A program made the position numbers and the translations under genes. A model generated the notes under the pieces. The model searched no databases. It was not told where the DNA came from and worked only from the letters and a program-made list of their open reading frames with translations. From the NCBI RefSeq assembly GCF_006345805.1, contig NC_043001.1, positions 92,194,001 through 92,258,000 of the forward strand: a DNA stretch of 64,000 nucleotides, in the 5' to 3' direction. Source of the stretch: Octopus sinensis. Lineage: Eukaryota. Below, one piece after another: positions 52,790-64,000 of the stretch (positions within the stretch are counted from its first letter, which is position 1; each line of letters starts with the position of its first letter).

Positions 52790-53580
52790 CTCTAGGCACA
52801 AGGCCCGAAATTTTTGGAGAGGCAGAGCCAGTCGCTTAGATTGATCTCAGTACACAGCTGGTACTTATTTTATCGACCCCAAAATGATGAGAGGCAAATT
52901 CGACCTCGGCGGAATTTGAAGTAAGAACGTAAAGACAGGCGAAATACCGCTAAGCTTTTCGCTCAGCGTACTAACGTTTCTTATTTCTTTATTACTCACA
53001 AGGGGCTAAACATAGAGGGAACAAACAAGGACAGACAAATGGATTAAGTCGATTACATCGATCCCAGTGGGTAACTGGTACTTAATTTATCGACCCCGAA
53101 AGGATGAAAAGCAAAGTCGACCTCGGTGGAATTTGAAGTCAGAACGTAACGGCAGACAAAATACCTATTTCTTTACTATCCACAAGGGCTTAAACACAGA
53201 GAGGACAAACAAGGACAGACAAGCGGATTAAGTCGATTATATCGATCCCAGTGGGTTACTGGTACTTAATTTATCGACCCCGAAAGGATGAAAGGCAAAG
53301 TCGACCTCGGTGGAATTTGAACTCAGAACGTAACGCAGACGAAATACCTATTTCTTTACTACCCACAAGGGGCTAAACACAGAGGGGACAATCAAGGACA
53401 GACAAACGGATTAAGTCGATTACATCGACCCCAGTGCGTAACTGGTACTTAATTTATCGACCCCTAAAGGATGAAAGGCAAAGTCGACCTCGGCGGAATT
53501 TGAACTCAGAACGTAACGGCAGACGAAATACGGCTACTCATTTCGCCCGGCGTGCTAACGTTTCTGCCAGCTCGCCGCCG
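52790..53580 (-). mobile_element. SINE family A tandem multimer (about four core units)
   Basis: Approx. 183-bp unit repeated head-to-tail, with a single tRNA-like head at about 53530-53580. Confidence 0.88.
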
Positions 53581-53835
53581 CTACGCATTTCGTCCGATGT
53601 GCTAACGTTTCTGCTGTTATCAGTGTTGATGATGTTAAAGTTGTTGCTTTCGATATTGATATTGTTGATCCTGATGTTGCTGCTGCTTTCAGTTATGTTA
53701 CTGCTGCCGTGCAGCTTCGATAAGCTCTGCTGGAGTAGACCTAAGTAGCACTTGCAGTTGGTCAAATGCCTGCGTGCAATTCTATTTCAGCCGGTATTCT
53801 TTGTTTCTGTTATTCTTATTGAACGTATATCTACC

Positions 53836-54155
53836 GGCGCGTGGTTTAGTGGCTAGGGCATTCGGCTCATGACTGTAAGGTCGTGAGTTCAATTCCCGGC
53901 GATCTGTTGTGTCCTTGAGCAAGATACTTTATTTCACGTTGCTCCAGTTCACTCAGCTAGCAAAAATGAGTAGTACCTATATTTCAAAAGGCCTGTCTTG
54001 TCACATTCTGAGTCACGCTGAATCTCCATCAGAACTACGTTAAGGGTACACGGGTCTGTGGAGTACTCAGCCACTTGCAGGTTAATTTCACGAGCAAGCC
54101 TGTTCAGTTGATCGTACCAGCTGGAACCCTCGTCGTCGTAACCGACGGAGTGCTC
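53836..54155 (+). mobile_element. SINE family E
   Basis: Head GGCGCGTGGTTTAGTGG..GAGTTCAATTCCC, core CCTTGAGCAAGATACTT, tail CCCTCGTCGTCGTAACCGACGGAGTGC. Confidence 0.9.
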
Positions 54156-54639
54156 CTCACCTTCTCTCTATATCTACAGGCCAGGTAAAATCTGATTCAA
54201 GCGACCTTTTATTAAAGGAATTTAAGTCGTGACCATCCCATCAAAGTTTTTTTTTCACGTAGTGTACATCCGATCGAGTATACACAGTAAGAAACAAGAT
54301 GTGATTAAGAAAAATGATTTGGTTGTAGGATGAGTTAACAGGCATAGTTCGGCCATTGACACGTCGTTTCACACGCTATTGCTCATACCGATCGTAAGAT
54401 TATTGTCTCTGCCACTGTTGTTTTGTTGCTGTTGTTGCAGGATTTGCGGGTACACTTCTGTCTTCACGTTTTTCTCATGTCATATAGGTATATAAAATTT
54501 AATTCAAACATTTTAGAAAAAATAAAGTAAATGAGTGGAAATTGAACCGGCGAGTGTGTTAATTTGTACGGCATTAAAACAGAATGACTCTCCCCAGACA
54601 CAAGAAAATATCCTTCAACACACAAATTCACACTAAGTA

Positions 54640-54835
54640 TACGCATCATCACCATCTTCAACATCCTCCTCGTCCTCCTCATCATCATCATGATCATTTA
54701 ACATTCCGTTGTCCATGCTGGTATGGGTTGGACGGTTTGACTAGGCTGGCACACTGGAAGGTTGCACCAGACTCCAGTCTGATTTGGCATGATTTTCTAT
54801 GGCTGGGTGCCCTTCCTAATGCCAACTACTCCTCG
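54640..54835 (-). mobile_element. RTE-type 3' tail fragment with (GAT)n tail
   Basis: GGGTGCCCTTCCTAATGCCAAC and TTTAACATTCCGTTGTCCATGCTGG next to (CAT)n. Confidence 0.5.
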
Positions 54836-55275
54836 AGTATAACGGATGCTTTATATGTGTGTGTGTGCGTGTGTGTGTGTGATTTACGCGTGTGTGTATG
54901 TGTGTCTGTGTGCGTGTGATTTATGCGTGTGTGTATGTGAGTGTGTGCGTGTGATCTATGCGTGTGTGTATGTGTGTGTGTGCGTGTGATTTATGCGTGT
55001 GTGTATGTGAGTGTGTGTCTGTGTTCATGTGTGCGTGTCTGTGTTTGCCCTCCGCCCACCATCACTTAACAACTGATACGGGTGTGTTTATGAACCTGTA
55101 ACCTGCGGTTCGGCAAATGAGTCCGATAGAATAGGTAACAGGCTTACAAAGAATAAGTCCGGGGGTCGATTTCTTCGATTAAAACCGTTGAAAGTGGTGC
55201 TCCAGCATGGCTGCTGTCAAATGATTGTAACAAGTAAAATAATAAAATAATATATATATATATACACACACACGT

Positions 55276-55670
55276 GGTAAGAAGCTTCCTTCCCGACCAC
55301 ATGGTTCCGGGTTCAGTCCCACTGTGTGGTACTTTACGCAAGTGTCTTCTACTGTAGCCTCAGCCAACCAAAGCCTTGGGAGTGGATTTGGTAGACGGAA
55401 ACTGAAAGAAGCTCATCGTACATATATATATGTGTGTGTTTGTATGTATGTATGTGTGTGTGTGCGTATGCGTATGTGTGTGTGTGTATTTGTGTGTCTG
55501 TGTTTGTTCCCCCCACCATCGCTTGACAACCGCTGTTGGTGTGTTTACACCTCCGTAACTTAGCAGTTCGGCAATAGAGAGACCGGTAGAATAAGTACTA
55601 GGCTTACAAACAATAAGTCTTGGGGTCAATTTGTTCGACTAAAGGTGTTGCTCCAGCATGGCCGCAGTCA
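55276..55670 (+). mobile_element. SINE family B
   Basis: Near full-length match to family B. Confidence 0.88.
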
Positions 55671-55675
55671 ACGTA

Positions 55676-55704
<29 letters not shown>

Positions 55705-55712
<8 letters not shown>

Positions 55713-56001
55713 ATCACGTGACCGACCAAACCATCAGATGTTGTTACACATCGCTGGTCACAATGCATTGTTTTAGCCTTCGAATGACGCCACCCCGCTG
55801 GCTAAGCGAGCAGGCCAACAGAAGAAAGAATGGGAGAAAGAGTGGTGAAAGAGTACAGCAGAGATCACCACCCCCTGCCGGAACCTCGTGGAGCTTTTTA
55901 TGTGTTTTCGCTCAATAAACACTCACAACGCCTGGTCTGGGATTGAAACCGCGATCCTGCGACCGCGAGTCCGCTGCCCTAACCATTAGGCCATTGCGCC
56001 T

Positions 56002-56003
<2 letters not shown>
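55705..56003 (-). mobile_element. SINE family C, near full length
   Basis: Reverse complement of the family C head, body and tail. Confidence 0.9.
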
Positions 56004-56064
<61 letters not shown>

Positions 56065-56699
56065 TGCATTTTTATTTCGTTTCATTACCTCATTTCTGTA
56101 TCTCCACCTTCACTCTCTTTTTCATTTTTTTTTCATTAAAGTTGTTTGTCTATTCTTTTATCTCTTTCCTTTTCACCTGACTTTCTCTCCCTCTCCTTCC
56201 GCCCCCTCTCTTTCTCTCATTCTATCTATCTGTCTTTGTCCCTATATCTTCCATTGGAAGAATGCAAGCTAAGGAAACTATTTCATTGTAAAAAGGGGAA
56301 ATAAAATAAGTGACAAATAGAAATTTAACCAAATAAAAAAGAAGAAACAAAAGATAAGAATGTACAGGAAATGTTTTGTATCTTATGTCAATATTTTATT
56401 ACATAACGTTGTGACTAATCGGCGCCTTTGTGAAAAAGTATCTGGAATTTACAGGTATTATTAAACTTAAAATTTATCAAAATATCCCTCCAAATATTTC
56501 TACTCACTCAAATATGTAGTAATTGTGACTAGAGACCTCTGTTTTATAGCCTATGAAATTCCCTAGCAAAGAATGTGTCAGTTTCAGGAAGAAAGAAAAT
56601 TTATTCGATGAATATTAAACAGTGAACACGATATGAGTCACGTATTGATTTTTTAAAGAAAATCTTGCATACTTTTGTTATATTTTTAATAGTGCTTAG

Positions 56700-56942
56700 G
56701 TTTTTGCACGCAGGGTCGCTAGATCGTGTGTTCGATTCCTTGACTGGAAGGTACGTTGTGGTCTTGACCAAAACACTTCATTTGAGGTTGCTCCAGTCCC
56801 GATTCGATCCGTGGAGGATTTTGGCCTGCTCGTCTAGTCAGCGGGGTCGCATCGTTAGAAGGGTAAAACAATGCAAAAGCGCATTGAGACCAGCGATGTG
56901 TAACAACATCGTGTAGCTTGGTTCACTACCTGATGACGTGTG
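56700..56942 (+). mobile_element. Chimeric or ancestral SINE (family D-like head, family C-like tail)
   Basis: CAAAACACTTCATTT..GTTGCTCCAGTCC followed by GGCCTGCTCG..AAAACAATGC..CAGCGATGTGTAACAACATC. Confidence 0.6.
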
Positions 56943-56985
56943 ATATATATATATATATGTATGTATGTTTGTGAGTATATATATA

Positions 56986-57032
<47 letters not shown>

Positions 57033-57062
57033 TGTGTGTGTGTGTATATATATATATATGTA

Positions 57063-57440
57063 CACTACCGTCAGAAATTAATTAGCACCCTTGATTTGCT
57101 CTTCACTCAAGGTATGTGCAGTCACCTAGTGGCCATATCTCGAACTATTGCTTTGTTGCGAGTTCACTGTTGCGCAGAACGATGACGTAACTTTGTTTGC
57201 AGAGCAGTTTGAGAGTCTACAGCCTTATGATGTTGACATAGCAGTGCAACAACAACTTGGAGTGCGGATGCAGACAAATCTTCCTTTGTTTAATAGATAT
57301 AGGTAGCGCCTCGCAAGGACCGAAATGACCATACTAAGTTTTCTCATCGCGTAAGACGTTTTGAACAGCTCATAGGTTAATTAATTTAACCTATTTAATG
57401 TAGAAATTTGAGAAGTGCTAATTAATTTCTGACGCAAGTG
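57063..57440. mobile_element. Tc1-type MITE, copy 1
   Basis: TIRs CACTACCGTCAGAAATTAATTAGCAC / GTGCTAATTAATTTCTGACGCAAGTG with TA TSDs. Confidence 0.85.
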
Positions 57441-57495
57441 TATGTGTGGATGTAGGGGTGGGTGCATGTATGTATGTATATATATTATATATATA

Positions 57496-57594
<99 letters not shown>

Positions 57595-57598
57595 GTGA

Positions 57599-57651
<53 letters not shown>

Positions 57652-57681
57652 TGTGTGTGTGTGTATATATATATATATGTA

Positions 57682-58058
57682 CACTACCGTCAGAAATTAA
57701 TTAGCACCCTTGATTTGCTCTTCACTCAAGGTATGTGCAGTCACCTAGTGGCCATATCTCGAACTATTGCTTTGTTGCGAGTTCACTGTTGCGCAGAACG
57801 ATGACGTAACTTTGTTTGCAGAGCAGTTTGAGAGTCTACAGCCTTATGATGTTGACATAGCAGTGCAACAACAACTTGGAGTGCGGATGCAGACAAATCT
57901 TCCTTTGTTTAATAGATATAGGTAGCGCCTCGCAAGGACCGAAATGACCATACTAAGTTTTCTCATCGCGTAAGACGTTTTGAACAGCTCATAGGTTAAT
58001 TAATTTAACCTATTTAATGTAGAATTTGAGAAGTGCTAATTAATTTCTGACGCAAGTG
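57682..58058. mobile_element. Tc1-type MITE, copy 2 (tandem duplicate, possibly an assembly artefact)
   Basis: Identical to copy 1 apart from a 1-nt indel, with the same flanks. Confidence 0.7.
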
Positions 58059-58103
58059 TATGTGTGGATGTAGGGGTGGGTGCATGTATGTATGTATATA
58101 TAT

Positions 58104-58215
<112 letters not shown>

Positions 58216-59066
58216 GTGTGTATGTATGTACGTATGTAAGTATGTATAAAGAGGAAAGTAATTAGTTTTAAATCTCTGAGCGTGAAGTAAGTAGTAACAG
58301 TGCCACAAAGTAAAATCTATTTACCAACGTGATGTGGTAGTCATGATTAGGACAATGTTAATACCTTTTTTAGCCGCCGGAAAACATCTTCTCCGGTTGG
58401 CTACTGACGAATAAGTGCGGCCTTATACCTCGAACAAGGGAGCTAATGTCCCTACTCAGCCTTAAGGGATACCTGCAGACCATGGTTTCTGGGTTATTTC
58501 TTTTCTTCGGCACAGGATAACTGTTGGCTAGAGATCGCTACACTAAACCTTGTTCGAGGTATTTCATAATAACACACAGTCACTAATCTCATAATGAGGA
58601 AAACACATTAGTCTTAAATCTCTGAGAAGTAAGTAGTAACAGTTCTTCAGACAGGACGGCAGTTGTGCGTCTGCAACCAACTTGAAGAAGTTGTTTTCCT
58701 GGGGCTGAAAATGGTAGTAACATCGTCCTAATCAGGACTGCCACTTCACATTGACAATAGATTTTACTATTCCAGCGATAAGCACCCTAAAGGTTGAATT
58801 AAAAATAGGAAGTGGTAACACAACAAGTACTAATGTTTGCTGGAAATAGCAGTCGATAACCGTACGACGCTGTTGTAAAGCTTCACTTAATGTATAGAGG
58901 CAAAGGTAAAAAAGTTTTCTTATCTCCAGAGGAGTTTCGGACTTTCCAGAATACGTTTGTTATCGTAAGTTTGGTTAGTCATCGTCAGCTATTTTCACCA
59001 AAGACAAAATTAAAAATATCTGCTTCTGTTATATCAATGCCTATACACTCGTTGTGCCACTACTTC

Positions 59067-59152
<86 letters not shown>

Positions 59153-59175
59153 TTCTCTCTCTCTCTCCCCTCTCT

Positions 59176-59280
<105 letters not shown>

Positions 59281-59289
59281 CACCCACCA

Positions 59290-59650
59290 TCGTCCCTATC
59301 CTATTACTGACTCCTTTACCTGCACTTCTAGCAACGTTATTTACTGTATCTCTTGCTCTTTTTTACCTTCTCTTCACATCGGTCAAACGGGACACCCCTT
59401 GGCTGAGCGGTTTGCGGATCGCTTCCGTGACATAAAACTTGGCAATGACAACCCCGCTCTCGCGCCATTTCCGCTCTACTAGTCATTCATTACATCACCT
59501 GTCATTGTTCGGATTGTCTCTGCACTGGGGCCATCCGGACTCCTGCCTTCACTATGAACAGAAATTAGTCTTTTCTCTTCGCTCCTTTGCACCACACACA
59601 TTAGCTCAACTTCCCTCTTCATCTGACTCCTCTCCTCTCTTGCTCTGACA
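59290..59650 (+). mobile_element. Penelope-like element GIY-YIG endonuclease remnant, followed by a C/A-rich 3' region to about 60270
   Basis: Frameshift-joined translation FTCTSSNVIYCISC..HIGQTGHPLAERFAD..PxSRHF..SHS..LFGL..EQKLVFSL matches PLE GIY-YIG motifs. Confidence 0.8.
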
Positions 59651-60286
59651 CCTACTTCCTCTCTTCACTCCTGCCCACCTTCTCTCTTCATTGATACCCT
59701 CCATCCACATCCCAGCCCCACACATCCCACTCCCACATACCTCACTCCAAGCCCCACACATCCACCTGACATCCTTATCCACCTCCACATTCTCACCGTC
59801 ACATCTTCAACCCATACACATACCCCACCCAAGCATCCCCACATCGTCACACCACACATCACACCATCCCACAACACCCCACACACACTAGCACTGACCA
59901 CTTCCCAGCAACCACACCACACACCATTATTCGTACACCCACACATTACAGACGCACGCACTTACATACACTCATCCACACGTCAAAGTCACTAGCTCCT
60001 ATCCACACACACACACACACACATACACTCCCTCACATACACGCATGCACACGCACCTTCGTTTTAGGATCACCAGTACTTTATTATCTCCCCTTCTTCC
60101 TAGCTCTCCTATCAAAATATTTTCCCAAGATTGATTGCTAAATTCACAAGTTTTTATTCTCTCTCTGTTTATTTCCTCATATTCCCTTCTCACTTTCCAT
60201 AGCGCCAAACTAAAACACTTGCTTGTTGTTCATACACATATCTTCTTCTTTTCTGTAAATTTCAACTATATATATATATATAGTGA

Positions 60287-60595
60287 AGGCACGTGGTTTA
60301 GTGGTTAGGGGCATTCGGCTCATGATCGCAAGGTCGTGAGTTCAATTCCCGGCGGTGCGTTGTGTCCTTGAGCAAGACACTTTATTTCACGTTACTCCTG
60401 TCCACTCAAGTGGCAAAAATGAATAATATCTGGTCGGCCTTGTCACACTGTGTTACGCTGACTCTCCCGGAGAACTACGTTAAGGGTACACGTGTATGTG
60501 GAGTGCTCAGCCACTTGCACTTTAATTTCACGAGTAGGCTGTTCCGTTGATCGTATGAGCTGGGACCCTCGTCGTCGCAACCGACGGAGTGCTCC
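60287..60595 (+). mobile_element. SINE family E
   Basis: Full-length match to 53836-54155. Confidence 0.9.
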
Positions 60596-60796
60596 TTTTA
60601 ATATACATATATACATATATTAATGACTAAAACTATATTAGATATAGAAAAATCTATTTCCAAATCTCCATGTACTTATAGCCTATCTCTTCTATCGGTT
60701 TCATAACCTCCCCCGACGCTATCGTTAGCCTGTTCATACATTTGATTTTGTCTCACTTCAAGACTTATACACCACACTTTATTGTTATTATAATTA

Positions 60797-61735
60797 TTCA
60801 GGCCTTGTGCCTATTGTAGAAAATATTATTTTGAATATTGTGCCCCTTTCCCCAAAATATTTCAGGCCTTGTGCCTATTATAGAAGAGATTATTTTGAAT
60901 ATTGTGCCCCTTTCCCCAAAAAATTTCAGGCCTAGTGCCTATTGTAGAAAAGATTATTTTGAATATTGTGCCCCTTTCTCCCAAAAATTTGAGGCCTTCT
61001 ACCTATTGTAGAAAAGATTATTTTGAATATTGTGCCCTTTCCCCCCAAAATTTCAGGCCTTGTGTCTATTGTAGAAAAGATTATTTTAAATATTGTGCCC
61101 CTTTCACCCCCAAAAAAATTTCAGGCCTTGTGCCTATTGTAGAAAAGATTATTTAAAATATTGTGCCCCTTTCACCCCCACCCAAATAATTTCAGGCCTT
61201 GTGCCTATTGTAGTAAAGATTATTTTGAATATTGTGCCCCTATCCCCAAAATATTTCAGGCCTTGTGCCTATTGTAGAAAAGATTATTTTGAATATTGTA
61301 CCCCTTTCCCCAAAATATTTCAGGCCTTATGCCTATTATAGAAGAGATTATTTTGAGTATTGTGCCCCTTTCCCCAAAAAATTTCAGGCCTTATGCCTAT
61401 TGTAGAAAAGATTATTTTGAATATTGTGCCCCTTTCCCCAAAATATTTCAGGCCTTATGCCTATTATAGAAGAGATTATTTTGAGTATTGTGCCCCTTTC
61501 CCCAAAAAATTTCAGGCCTTATGCCTATTGTAGAAAAGATTATTTTGAATATTGTGCCCCTTTCCCCAAAATATTTCAGGCCTTGTGCCTATTGTAGAAA
61601 AGATTATTTTGAATATTGTGCCCCTTTCTCCCAAAAATTTGAGGCCTTGTGCTTATTGTAGAAAAGATTATTTTGAATATTGTGCCCCTTTCACCCACAA
61701 AAAAATTTCAGGCCTTATGCCTATTGTAGAAAATT
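60797..61735 (+). repeat. Minisatellite of about 15 units of mostly 64 bp
   Basis: TTCAGGCCTTGTGCCTATTGTAGAAAAGATTATTTTGAATATTGTGCCCCTTTCCCCAAAATAT repeated. GGCC starts at 60801, 60865, 60929, 60993 ... 61711. Confidence 0.95.
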
Positions 61736-61762
61736 ATTATTATTATTATTATATTATTATTA

Positions 61763-61810
<48 letters not shown>

Positions 61811-61845
61811 CATCATTATTATTATTACTACTACTACTACTACTG

Positions 61846-61909
<64 letters not shown>

Positions 61910-62699
61910 AGATCGACCCCAGGACTTATTTATATTTATTATATATAAATTATTTATATTTATTCTATATATATATATTCTTAATATTTATTCTATCGGT
62001 CTGTTTTGCCGAACCACTAAATTACGGGGACGTATACACACCAGTATCGGTTGTGAAGCGATGTTGTGGGTCAAGTACAGGCATAAAGATATACCTACAC
62101 ACACACACAAACACATGTGTGTGTATGTGTATGTATATCTATATTTATGTGTGTGTGTAAACACTTGTGTGTAACAGTTAATGTATGCTTGTTCGAGATA
62201 GATAGATAGATAGATAGAAACATATATACATACAAATATATATGCACACATGTGTGTATGTGTGTGTGTGTGTGTACGTACGCGCGCGTGTATAGGTACA
62301 CATACATTTAATCATATGTATACGTGTATACATATTGTTAAAGGGTATAATCAAAAGCAGGCACAAAGATTAAAAATTTATGAATACACATGTGAACATG
62401 TAGCATATGCATATCTGTGCTTGTGTGTATATGTGTGTGTGTGTACGAGCGCGCGTGTGTATGTGTTCTTATGTGTTCGTGTGAGTCTGTATGAGTTCGT
62501 ATGTATTCGTGTGTGTTTGTGTGTGTTCGTATGTGCTTGTACATGTGTGTGTTGATCTATATATTGTTTCGGTTTGCTTTGATAATACAAAAACACAAAG
62601 GCGACCCATAATCCCATTTATTAAAAGTTTGTCAACTGCATTGTATTTATGTGAAATATAGATAATACTAGACCCATACAACTAACCTTGTGTTACCGA

Positions 62700-63054
62700 C
62701 TGTACTTTTTCCTGAGGTCAAGTACGTTTGATCAAGTGTCAGGAGGAAGGGACAATATTAATGTTCACTAGAAAAAATCTGGGATTGTAGTGTCAGGTTG
62801 GTATTAAATAAGTTGTTTTGTTTAAAATTTAGGTTGTGGTATCAAGTAAAGTGAAGATGTTTATCTGCAATGTCTGCTTTCTGTCATTTGATCCCTTCTC
62901 GAACGTTAGTACTTTGTCCAGAAATGTCCGCGTAATGGGTTTTGTTTTGTGGTCTATTTCGCGAAGGTTACGCTGGCTCCTAAGTAGCAGGGAGGCATTG
63001 TCTCGATATAATGTTAAAGTGAATATTTTGATAATTTTTTCACATCGGTTGGCT

Positions 63055-63055
<1 letters not shown>
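62700..63055 (-). mobile_element. Degenerate Penelope-like RT fragment
   Basis: Minus frame TLYRDNASLLL..TLQINIFTLLDTT resembles the GLYRDDGL..LxI..FLDVT region of PLE RTs. Confidence 0.45.
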
Positions 63056-63113
<58 letters not shown>

Positions 63114-63115
<2 letters not shown>

Positions 63116-63995
63116 ATTTAAACAAGAAATGAACAACAAAAATGGAAAAGCATAGAAGGTAAAAAAATCTACGGTTAGTTTGAAAGAGATGTGATAATCC
63201 ATGGCTAAAGATGAGGAGGAGTGACCTGAAGAAAGAGACAGAAGCACACATATGCGCAGCTCAAGAACAAGCGTTAAGGACCAATTATATGAAGTGCAAG
63301 ATTGATAGCGCTACTGATAGCAACAAATGCAGAATGTGTGGTGAGAGGGGTGAAAAGGTAAGGCACATATCGTTAGCGAATGCCCTAATTTGGCACAACG
63401 CGAATGTAAACGACACCATAACAATGTAACAAGAATGATCCTTTGGGAGCTCTGTGGAAATCACGGCCTACAAAGGCCAAAAACGTGATATGAACAAAAC
63501 CCCAGAAGGAGTCACCGAAAATGAGAACTGCAAAATCCTTTGGGATGTAACGATCCAGTGCTATCATCTTATCAGACATAGGAAACTGGACATTGTTGTG
63601 GTGTATAAAAAATAGAAAAACATGTATGAATAGCGATACATCATGCCTCCGTGACAACGGGATCAATGTGAACGAAGGAGAAAAAATAAACAACTTCAAC
63701 GATTTAAAGTGGGAAATACGAATGTTGTGGTCAATGAAGAGAGTAGACGTGATACCAATAATAATTGGTGCACTTGAAAGTATCAGCGCTCAAATACCAC
63801 AATGGCTGAAAAAGATCGGTGCAAGTACGAAGGTAGAACACCAACGAAAACCGTGCAAGAATTCTTCACGGGGTTCTTGAAGCATGACCAGTAAACAAGT
63901 GTCACCTTAGTCTGCTGGCTGTAGATTGCTGACACTTTCTATCATACCCAGCATAATAAGATGTGAGTTTTCATATAATAATAATGGGCTAGAGC
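63114..63995 (+). mobile_element. R4/Dong-like LINE 3' fragment (CCHC knuckle + restriction-like endonuclease + TAA tail)
   Basis: DLKKETEAHICAAQEQALRTN..CRMCGE..HI..KILWDVTIQC..KLDIVVV..PIIIGAL motifs. Preceded by (TAA)n and ends in ATAATAATAAT. Confidence 0.88.
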
Positions 63996-64000
63996 AAATA

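Noticed and set aside
58400-58435. CTGACGA followed by a 5-bp stem as a hammerhead
   Set aside because: No GAAA directly after the stem and no stem I or III.
60797-61735. CRISPR-like array
   Set aside because: Units are head-to-tail with no unique spacers, there are no cas genes, and the context is eukaryotic. It is a minisatellite.

Overview
AT-rich, microsatellite-dense animal genomic DNA. The SINE and LINE families resemble those I associate with octopus; that assignment is recognition, not a database result. One host gene is supported: a + strand ETS-domain transcription factor, closest in motif and intron position to the ERG/FLI/FEV group. It has four splice-consistent phase-1 exons (9990-10355, 11710-11751, 12952-13017, 16562-17187), giving about 353 aa from the ATG at 10028. 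The rest is mostly mobile DNA: about five tRNA-derived SINE families, R4/Dong-like LINE fragments tied to (TAA)n arrays, four Penelope-like (PLE) coding remnants, mariner/Tc1 elements and MITEs, a Helitron remnant and a possible Academ remnant. The most interesting signal not shown by the ORF track is a set of minimal type-I hammerhead ribozyme motifs. One is fully canonical (14486-14528, minus strand), two lie in tandem 375 nt apart on the sense strand of an ETS intron, and several are degenerate. They sit in elements inserted in TA/TAA microsatellites that often carry inverted terminal duplications or long palindromes. The ETS gene also has a skippable 42-nt microexon encoding a CxC-x4-CxC motif. 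Nearly all other ORFs in the track are microsatellite or SINE artefacts. Some near-identical tandem duplications may be assembly errors. Coordinates of degenerate elements are approximate, and similarity statements are by eye.
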